A DNA stretch of 64,000 bases from Salinivirgaceae bacterium (GTDB taxonomy: Bacteria; Bacteroidota; Bacteroidia; Bacteroidales; SZUA-534): assembly GCA_017617355.1 (NCBI GenBank), contig JAFZWI010000129.1, forward strand, positions 33,673-97,672, in the 5' to 3' direction. Below the pieces are notes generated by a model, which was not told the origin of the DNA, did not search any database, and was given only the letters and a program-made list of their open reading frames with translations. The position numbers and the translations under genes are program-made. Position 1 is the first letter of the stretch, and each line of letters starts with the position of its first letter. Of the stretch, positions 18,861 to 26,630 are shown piece by piece.

Positions 18861-19691
18861 ATGAATAACATAGAAATTATACATGATGCAGAATTAGATA
18901 CTCTTAATGATGTTATTCGTTCTTTTGAAAAGCATGGAATAAAATATTATTTAGGTTTTGGCACACTTTTGGGTGCGATTCGTCATCAGGGTTTTATTCC
19001 GTGGGATGATGATGTGGATTTATTTATTCCAAGACCTGATTTTGAAAAAATAAAAAGATATGAGAAGGATATAATTCCTCAACCATATATCTTATCAGGT
19101 AATACTATTTCTAATAATTCGCCTCACACGTTTATTTTACGAATCGAAAATCCGTTGAAATGTTTTCATATTGAGAAAAATGGTCGAGTTCTCAAGCAAA
19201 ATGTGTGGTTGGATTTATTCCCGATTGATGGTATGCCATCCAATAGATTATTGAGAATGCTTTTGTTCTTCAGGTTAAGAATACAGTTTGTTTTGTTGAG
19301 AATAGCAAGATCATCACTGTATGGAGTTGCCAAGAATACTAAAAGATCATATGTGGAAAAATGCGTTATTGCTATTAACAAAGTTTTTCATATAGGTCGA
19401 CTCTTCAATTTGAGAAATATCGTAGATGGATTTGACAAAATACTTAAGAAACATTCCTTTGATACGAGCAAATATGTATGTCCATTAACAATTGATTATA
19501 TGGAAAAGTGTATTTGTGACCGAGATTGGTTTGGCGATGGAATTATGATTACTTTTGAAAATATAGAAAAAGTAGTTGTGCCAATTGATAGTGATGCAAT
19601 ACTAAAAAACATATATGGTGATTATAAACAACTCCCTCCAATTGAAAGAAGGCATCCAAAACATAGTATATTAATAAATGAATCCCATTAG
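18861..19691 (+). CDS. LicD family phosphotransferase (tandem paralog)
   Basis: FGTLLGAIRHQGFIPWDDDVDLFIPRPDF and ILKNIYGDYKQLPP. Confidence 0.8.
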   Translation: MNNIEIIHDAELDTLNDVIRSFEKHGIKYYLGFGTLLGAIRHQGFIPWDDDVDLFIPRPDFEKIKRYEKDIIPQPYILSGNTISNNSPHTFILRIENPLKCFHIEKNGRVLKQNVWLDLFPIDGMPSNRLLRMLLFFRLRIQFVLLRIARSSLYGVAKNTKRSYVEKCVIAINKVFHIGRLFNLRNIVDGFDKILKKHSFDTSKYVCPLTIDYMEKCICDRDWFGDGIMITFENIEKVVVPIDSDAILKNIYGDYKQLPPIERRHPKHSILINESH

Positions 19692-20940
19692 AATACGCAG
19701 AGCGAACATAGTAGAAGGCGCATTTTTTGTATTTGTTGCTTTTGTCATTTGTACATATAATAATTGCTATTTTATGTGGGATAGTTATAACAATAGCTTT
19801 GTATCGACAGTATTTAAAATGGCACAACATTTTGCCGGTATTTTGTTGCTATTTTATGCATATCTAAGCAATAATAAAAAACTAAAAATTAGTCGCAGTG
19901 GTTATGTTATAATATTTTTGTCAATTTTAATTTTCTTGCATGTCAATTTGCTCGGAAGTCAGTACATCTTTGCCAGTACTCTCTTGTGTGTAGATGTGAC
20001 GATTGGCGTTGTGGCGATACTAAGTTTGCAAGTGCAACAGAGGTTGCGCCTTTTTAAAATCATCATAGTTGTATTTTGCATCATAACATTACCAGGTTTA
20101 TTATATTATATTTTGTATTTGTTAGGATTCGATTTGAATTATTCTATTCTGCAAAGTGATCATCCAGGAAAGGTCTCGAGAGGGATGTATTATTTGCATA
20201 AATCATTTGGCCTTATTCTTGTTGAGCCTGCAAATATTAACAGATATACAGGAATATTTGATGAGCCAGGAATGATAGGAACTACTGCTGCAATTTTGTT
20301 TGCGGCAGGATATAAAAAAATCAAGACCAAATGGCTTCTGTTGCTTTTGGTTGAAGGCATGTTGTCTTTTTCTTTGGCATTTTACGGGCTAATCATTATA
20401 TTTTTTTCTGTGAAAATATTATTGGAAAATCCCATAAAAATGATTTGTGCGGTAGGAGTTCTTGTCTGTGCCATTACGGTGTTTAGAAATATGGATTTTG
20501 AAAGTGAAGAATTAACAGCTATTCAAAAACGTTTTAAACCGAATACAACAATGTCAATCAAAACAAACCGTTATAGCACGTTATTTGAAAAAGAATATAA
20601 CGCATTTTGGGAAAAAGGAGGATACCCATTATATATGGGAATTGGCGGGTTGGGGTCTTATGCGAAAAATCCGGTGATGATAGGTGCCAATACTTATAAA
20701 TGTTTGATATATGATTTGGGAATAGTGGGGTGTATTTTATTCCTTTCTTTTTTTGCATCCATTTTTATTATTAAAAAAAAAGTATTAATAGATTTCATTC
20801 CATTTTTATCTGTTTATTTTATCTCACTTTACCAAAGAGCTTATGTTTATAAGTTTTCCACGGTAGCTATATTTATATTGGCTATTACAATGATATACTA
20901 TGAGTACTATATGAACAGAAACGTTTCTTTAAATGGTTAG
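19678..20940 (+). CDS. wzy: Wzy-like polysaccharide polymerase (polytopic membrane protein)
   Basis: 420 aa, almost entirely hydrophobic helices. It has a GIGGLGSY...YDLGIVG loop like O-antigen polymerase family proteins and sits within the locus. The symbol is a functional guess. Confidence 0.55.
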   Translation: MNPIRIRRANIVEGAFFVFVAFVICTYNNCYFMWDSYNNSFVSTVFKMAQHFAGILLLFYAYLSNNKKLKISRSGYVIIFLSILIFLHVNLLGSQYIFASTLLCVDVTIGVVAILSLQVQQRLRLFKIIIVVFCIITLPGLLYYILYLLGFDLNYSILQSDHPGKVSRGMYYLHKSFGLILVEPANINRYTGIFDEPGMIGTTAAILFAAGYKKIKTKWLLLLLVEGMLSFSLAFYGLIIIFFSVKILLENPIKMICAVGVLVCAITVFRNMDFESEELTAIQKRFKPNTTMSIKTNRYSTLFEKEYNAFWEKGGYPLYMGIGGLGSYAKNPVMIGANTYKCLIYDLGIVGCILFLSFFASIFIIKKKVLIDFIPFLSVYFISLYQRAYVYKFSTVAIFILAITMIYYEYYMNRNVSLNG

Positions 20941-20952
20941 TCCTATCCTTAT

Positions 20953-21945
20953 ATGAAGATTAAAGAAGAAATGAATTATAAATATGATATAACGGTAGTT
21001 TTGGCCTCTTATAAACCTTTTTTTTCAAAACTGATTAAAACCATCAATTCTATTCTTAAACAAAAGTCAATCCGCATTCAGCTAATTATTTGTGATGATG
21101 GTTCTCCTGAGAATTTTTTTGATGAAATAAAGGATTATCTGCATAGTCAAAAATTCGAAGATTATAAGTTGGTCGAATCTAAAGAGAACAAAGGAACTTG
21201 TATCAATTATTATAGAGGAGTGAAATGGGCTGAGGGTAAATATGTTAAAGGCATTTCTCCTGGCGATTATTTTTATGATGAGAATGTATTGAATAATTGG
21301 TTCGTTTTTTTAGAGACGAATAATGTGGATTTAAGTTTCGGAAGAGCGGTTTTTTACGGGTATGATAAATGTGGTAGTAATGTTCCGTCTTTAATTAAGA
21401 GGCATCGTGAGGCACCTGCAATCCCTGCTATTTATAGCATAAATTATAATACAAATATTATTCGAAATATTAGGAAAATTGACTGGCTCATAAATAGGGA
21501 TTCTGTTTATGGTGTTCAGATTATATGCAAAACATCATTATGTTTAGATTATTTGGAGAGAATTATAAATAAAGTCATCTATGCGGAAGATTATTCATTC
21601 CGTATAATGCTGTTGGATGATATTGATATGATTTTTTTCCCACATCCAGTCATTTATTATGAATATGGTTTAGGTGTTTCTTCTGATCCAGTTAAAAAAA
21701 AGACATTGTTGGCCAAGGATGAATTATTTTTTTATGAATCATTGAAATTACATCACAATAATAGCCATTTTTATAAAAAGTATCTGTTTTATAGGAAAAT
21801 AACCAACTCAAAAAAGAATATGTTGTTGTCTATGATAATGTTCCCATTATCTATACCTTGGAGAATTTTTAAATATATATATGTAAAACTTGGAAAGTCA
21901 AAACCAAATAATCAATTAGAAAATGGTATGTTTTTTCGCATTTAA
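20953..21945 (+). CDS. GT2 glycosyltransferase
   Basis: DITVVLASYKP and ICDDGSPE N-terminal GT-A motifs. Confidence 0.65.
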   Translation: MKIKEEMNYKYDITVVLASYKPFFSKLIKTINSILKQKSIRIQLIICDDGSPENFFDEIKDYLHSQKFEDYKLVESKENKGTCINYYRGVKWAEGKYVKGISPGDYFYDENVLNNWFVFLETNNVDLSFGRAVFYGYDKCGSNVPSLIKRHREAPAIPAIYSINYNTNIIRNIRKIDWLINRDSVYGVQIICKTSLCLDYLERIINKVIYAEDYSFRIMLLDDIDMIFFPHPVIYYEYGLGVSSDPVKKKTLLAKDELFFYESLKLHHNNSHFYKKYLFYRKITNSKKNMLLSMIMFPLSIPWRIFKYIYVKLGKSKPNNQLENGMFFRI

Positions 21946-22011
21946 CTACCACCTAATTCAGTGTTTTAATATCTAAGTATATAATAGATGATTGTTAACC
22001 AGTATTAATTT

Positions 22012-22410
22012 ATGAATTACCACTTAATAGACCTTCAAGTTCACGGTGACCGACGAGGGAAATTAGTCTCGTTGGAAGGTTTGAAAAATGTTCCTTTTGA
22101 AATCAAACGTGTTTACTATATGTTTGATACTCTGCCTAATGAGGCTCGTGGGTTTCATGCTCATAAGGATTTAGAACAGATAATAATCGCTATGGACGGA
22201 GCTTGCCGATTCATACTTGACGATGGCACAAAACGCGAACAAGTGTTGCTCAACCGTCCCGATGTCGGACTTTACATTGGCAAAAATATGTGGAGGGAGA
22301 TGCACGACTTCTCATACGGTTGCAAACTTGTAGTCCTTGCAAGCGAGTATTATAACGAAAATGAATACATCAGGAATTATGACGATTTTTTGAAATTGTT
22401 AAGCAAATGA
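22012..22410 (+). CDS. fdtA: dTDP-4-keto-6-deoxyhexose 3,4-ketoisomerase (FdtA/QdtA, WxcM-like cupin)
   Basis: 132 aa, closely following the FdtA pattern: HGDRRGKLVSLEG, VPFEIKRVYYMFD, RGFHAHKDLEQ and WREMHDFS...VLASEYY. Confidence 0.85.
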   Translation: MNYHLIDLQVHGDRRGKLVSLEGLKNVPFEIKRVYYMFDTLPNEARGFHAHKDLEQIIIAMDGACRFILDDGTKREQVLLNRPDVGLYIGKNMWREMHDFSYGCKLVVLASEYYNENEYIRNYDDFLKLLSK

Positions 22411-23993
22411 ATAATGATAGTCAAATGTGTAATAAGGTAAATTTATTATTGCTATCTTGCGGAACTAACGCTTGTTTTCATATTGCTAAAATTTTAAAAT
22501 TTAAATTTAGTGGTGATTTTTATGTCGTTGGTTGTGACATAAACAAACGATGGCTTATTCCGACATCAGATTATATTGATGCATTTTACCAATGTCCAAT
22601 ATCTTCTGATGAAAACTATTATTCATTTATAATTGATATTTGTAAAAAAGAAAAAATAGATTGGATTTTACCAAGTTTTGATAATGATCAATTTTTGTTT
22701 CCCTGTGACAATCAAGATTTATTGCATTTAGGCATTAAAAGTTTTTCAATTTCTAGTGCTCTTGATTTTTACCGAGATAAAGAATTGACAAATAATTATT
22801 TGGAATCGATTGGCATTCCTGTCCCGAAACATTTTTCAACAGATGAAGTGATTGATGAAACTGATTATTTTATAAAGCCTATTCATGGTGTGGGTTCAAT
22901 TGGAATCTGTCGAAAAAAAGGAAAAGAAATAAAAAAATCAGACAACCCCAATGTTGTCATTCAAGAATTATGTTTTGAGCCGGAATATACTCTGGAATGT
23001 TTTTTATATGATAACAGAATTTATTCAGTTGTAAGGGAAAGAATAGCAAGCAAATCAGGTGTATGTACTAAAACAAGAATCTTTCAAGACAAGTGTTTAG
23101 AAAGTTATGCGTATAAATTAGCATCTAAAACAAGTCTTCCTCATATCTTTAATATGCAGTTTATGAAAAATAGTCTTGGGGAATACGTTTGTACTGATTT
23201 GAATCTTAGAACGGCAGGTGGAATGAGTTTGTCATATACTGCAGGCTGGGACGAAGTTTCATGTCTTGCCAATTTAATGTTGGGAAAGGACGAAAAAAAG
23301 ATTGTTGAAGGTGTTGATAAAACAATATCAGAACAATATATTGTGCGTCATTATGAAGACATTGTTACTAAAAGGGTTAAGAATCATATCGCATTTGATT
23401 TGGACGGCACTTTGCTTGACAGTAGACGTAGGCATGAAATTGTTATGTTAGATGTCTTGGCAAAAAATGGACTTGAAATTGATACGTCAGGTTTAGTCGA
23501 ATTTAAGTCCAATGGCAAGAATAATTTGGATTGGTTGTTAGCCGTTGGGGTAGAAGCGGAAATGGCAAAAAAATATAATTCAGAGTGGATTAATTTAATA
23601 GAAAATCCAAATTATTTGAAAATCGACAGCCTTTTTCCAAATGTGATTGACATTCTTGAACGTCTAAGTGAAGAAAATGACTTGTTCCTTATAACAGCAC
23701 GTAATAATAAAGAGTATGCCATACAACAGATAAAAAATCTTGGTATTTATCAATTTTTTACAGACGTAATTGTGGTTAATGCTTGTAGTGAAACATCTGT
23801 TTTGAAATCTGTTGAACTTAAAAAAAATAAAATTACACATTTCATTGGAGATACAGAATCGGACTACAAGGCGGCAATGATTGCAAATTGCAGGTTTAGT
23901 GCCGTATCGTATGGTTTTAGAAACGAAGTTTTTCTAAAAAAAATAACCAATGAGGTGTACCATAATTTGCAAAATATAATTGATTATGTATAA
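22407..23993 (+). CDS. fusion protein: ATP-grasp ligase domain + HAD-superfamily hydrolase domain
   Basis: N-terminal ~320 aa have YFIKPIHGVGSIGI (ATP-grasp loop). From about aa 326 there is HAD motif I IAFDLDGTLLDS and a later GDTESD motif. ATGA overlap with fdtA. Confidence 0.7.
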   Translation: MNNDSQMCNKVNLLLLSCGTNACFHIAKILKFKFSGDFYVVGCDINKRWLIPTSDYIDAFYQCPISSDENYYSFIIDICKKEKIDWILPSFDNDQFLFPCDNQDLLHLGIKSFSISSALDFYRDKELTNNYLESIGIPVPKHFSTDEVIDETDYFIKPIHGVGSIGICRKKGKEIKKSDNPNVVIQELCFEPEYTLECFLYDNRIYSVVRERIASKSGVCTKTRIFQDKCLESYAYKLASKTSLPHIFNMQFMKNSLGEYVCTDLNLRTAGGMSLSYTAGWDEVSCLANLMLGKDEKKIVEGVDKTISEQYIVRHYEDIVTKRVKNHIAFDLDGTLLDSRRRHEIVMLDVLAKNGLEIDTSGLVEFKSNGKNNLDWLLAVGVEAEMAKKYNSEWINLIENPNYLKIDSLFPNVIDILERLSEENDLFLITARNNKEYAIQQIKNLGIYQFFTDVIVVNACSETSVLKSVELKKNKITHFIGDTESDYKAAMIANCRFSAVSYGFRNEVFLKKITNEVYHNLQNIIDYV

Positions 23994-24022
23994 GATACAA
24001 ATTGTTAAGGATATAATTAGTT

Positions 24023-25123
24023 ATGCAAATACCTTTCCTTTCATTAAAATCCATCACTGAAAAATACTCCGATGAAATTAACGCTGCGGTTTTGAGGGTT
24101 GTAAATTCGGGGTGGTATCTTCAAGGCAACGAAAACAAAAGTTTTGAAGAAAACTATGCAAAATACATTGGAACAGAGCATTGCGTAGGATGCGCCAATG
24201 GTTTGGACGCTTTGATTTGGATACTCAGGGCATACAAGGAATTGGGCGTGATGCAGGACGGCGACGAGGTAATCGTCCCTGCGAACACCTACATCGCTTC
24301 AATCCTTGCAATCACCGAAAACAACCTTAAACCCGTTTTGGTGGAGCCGCGTTTTGACACTTTGGAAATTGATGACAGCCTTATCGAGAGCAAAATCACA
24401 CCGAAGACCAAGGCTATTATGATAGTCCATCTTTACGGTCGTTGTGCTTACACCGATAAAATTGGTGCGCTTTGCAAAAAATTCAATCTCAAACTGATTG
24501 AAGACAATGCTCAGGCACATGGCTGTCGTTTTGACGACAAGCGTACTGGCTCATTAGGCGATGCCGCAGGACATAGTTTCTACCCTGGCAAAAACCTTGG
24601 CGCGTTGGGTGACGGTGGTGCAGTAACTACCAATGACAAGGAGTTGGCGGACACTGTGAGGGCTTTGGCGAATTACGGTTCGCAACAGAAATACGTTTTC
24701 AAATATTGCGGCAGAAATTCTCGCCTTGACGAAATACAGGCGGCAGTTTTGGACGTAAAACTCAAATATCTTGACGGAGACAACGTCAAACGTCAACAGA
24801 TTGCAAAGTATTACTACGATAACATTAACAATCCAAAAATCACTTTGCCAAAACGCATTGACGATAGAAACAACGTCTATCATCTTTTCCCCGTTTTCTG
24901 CGAGCAACGTGATGATTTTCAGCAATATCTGAAAGACCACGACATTCAGACGTTGATTCATTATCCGATTCCACCGCACAAACAAGAGTGTTACAAGGAA
25001 TGGAGCAGCATATCTTTGCCCATTACAGAAAGGATTCACGCTCAGGAACTTAGCCTGCCGATGAGTCCGTGTATGACAATGGAAGAGGCGGAGTACGTTG
25101 TGGAGGTAATAAACAAGTATTAA
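24023..25123 (+). CDS. fdtB: dTDP-3-keto-6-deoxyhexose 3-aminotransferase (FdtB/QdtB-like, DegT family)
   Basis: IPFLSLK start, [36 protein letters not shown] and [12 protein letters not shown] follow the FdtB pattern. Confidence 0.85.
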   Translation: MQIPFLSLKSITEKYSDEINAAVLRVVNSGWYLQGNENKSFEENYAKYIGTEHCVGCANGLDALIWILRAYKELGVMQDGDEVIVPANTYIASILAITENNLKPVLVEPRFDTLEIDDSLIESKITPKTKAIMIVHLYGRCAYTDKIGALCKKFNLKLIEDNAQAHGCRFDDKRTGSLGDAAGHSFYPGKNLGALGDGGAVTTNDKELADTVRALANYGSQQKYVFKYCGRNSRLDEIQAAVLDVKLKYLDGDNVKRQQIAKYYYDNINNPKITLPKRIDDRNNVYHLFPVFCEQRDDFQQYLKDHDIQTLIHYPIPPHKQECYKEWSSISLPITERIHAQELSLPMSPCMTMEEAEYVVEVINKY

Positions 25124-25136
25124 GGAAGAGATTTCA

Positions 25137-26630
25137 ATGTCCGAACAAGGAAACCAAACATCGTCATATCGGAACATTTTTAAAGCGACATCACTGTTTG
25201 GCGGTGTTCAAGCGTATCAAATCCTCATCGGTGTAATAAAATCGAAGTTTATTGCGATTTTGTTGGGACCCGAGGGTATGGGAATCCAAGGTTTGTATCA
25301 GTCAGCAATACATTTGATACAAAGTTTTTCCTCGTTGGGTCTGTCGCAAAGTGCAGTCAGGGATGTTTCTGAGGCCAACGGCAGTGGAGACTCAAAAAGG
25401 ATTGGTCTGACGGTGGTTGTGGTCAAGCGGCTTGTTTGGTTGACTGGATTGCTGGGGCTTGTATTAACGGCAGTTTTTTCGCCGATATTGAGCAAAAGTA
25501 CTTTTGGCAATTACGATTACACGATACCGTTCATAATTCTCTCGGTAATATTGCTTTTAGACCAACTGAGTGCAGGGCAGAGGGTTGTGCTGCAAGGAAT
25601 GAGGAAGTTGAAATCCCTCGCCAAATCCACTGCGATAGGCTCGACGGTCGGCTTGATAGTTTCGGTTCCTCTGTATTACTTGTTTGGTGTGAAAGGCATA
25701 GTCCCGACGCTAATACTCAACTCGTTGACAATGTTAGCATTGACTTGGTATTTTTCAAAAAAAGTTGAAGTTGTAAATGTTCAGGTTACCAACCGCGAAA
25801 CAATTCAGCATGGTAAATCTATGATGAAAATGGGGATAGCAATGAGTGTGAGTGGAATAATGACTACTCTGACCGCTTACGCATTGAGGAGTTATATTCG
25901 CCACGAGAGCGGAGTGGAGCAAGTAGGTTTATTTACAGCTGGTTTCGTTTTGATGAATACATACGTCGGAATGGTTTTCAACGCTATGGCTACAGATTAT
26001 TATCCGCGTTTATCTGCTGTCAATCAGAATAATGAGGAATGTAGACAGGTAATCAATCAGCAAGGCGAAATTGCAACACTGATAATAGCGCCAATTTTGT
26101 TGTCCTGTTTGATTTTGATGCCGTTCATAATAAGGATTATTTATTCAGAAGATTTTTTGCCCGCGACCGACTACATACTTTGGGCGGTCTTAGGAATGAT
26201 GTTTAAGACTTTTTCGTGGGTGATTTCTTTTGTATTTTTGGCGAAAGCCGAGGCGAAACTATTTATGATTAACGAAATAATAAGCAACATCTATTTTTTC
26301 GGTTTTAACATTCTGGCATACCATTTTTGGGGGCTTGCAGGTCTTGGCGTGGCATTTATGGTTTGCTATCTTCTGTATAGTGTCCAAGTCTATTTGATAG
26401 CAAACAAAAAATACCAATTCTCTTTTACAACATCGTTTAAGAAAGTATATGCCGTTCAATTACTGATGGTTACGGCTGGTTTCGTATTAATCTGCCTGTG
26501 TAAATCCAATTGGGTGTATCTTCCTGCGGGGGTGTTGTTTGTAATTAGCGGCCTGTATTCGTTGAAGGAGTTGGATAAGAGGATGAATTATGTGAAAAAG
26601 TGTATTGGAAGGCAATTGAAAAAGAAATGA
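25137..26630 (+). CDS. wzx: Wzx-type polysaccharide flippase (MOP superfamily)
   Basis: 497 aa polytopic protein with the layout typical of polysaccharide biosynthesis (Wzx) proteins. Confidence 0.75.
   Translation: MSEQGNQTSSYRNIFKATSLFGGVQAYQILIGVIKSKFIAILLGPEGMGIQGLYQSAIHLIQSFSSLGLSQSAVRDVSEANGSGDSKRIGLTVVVVKRLVWLTGLLGLVLTAVFSPILSKSTFGNYDYTIPFIILSVILLLDQLSAGQRVVLQGMRKLKSLAKSTAIGSTVGLIVSVPLYYLFGVKGIVPTLILNSLTMLALTWYFSKKVEVVNVQVTNRETIQHGKSMMKMGIAMSVSGIMTTLTAYALRSYIRHESGVEQVGLFTAGFVLMNTYVGMVFNAMATDYYPRLSAVNQNNEECRQVINQQGEIATLIIAPILLSCLILMPFIIRIIYSEDFLPATDYILWAVLGMMFKTFSWVISFVFLAKAEAKLFMINEIISNIYFFGFNILAYHFWGLAGLGVAFMVCYLLYSVQVYLIANKKYQFSFTTSFKKVYAVQLLMVTAGFVLICLCKSNWVYLPAGVLFVISGLYSLKELDKRMNYVKKCIGRQLKKK

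Noticed and set aside
24554-25177. 207-aa minus-strand ORF antisense to fdtB.
   Set aside because: The plus-strand product follows FdtB block by block. The antisense translation has no motif and no start or operon context.
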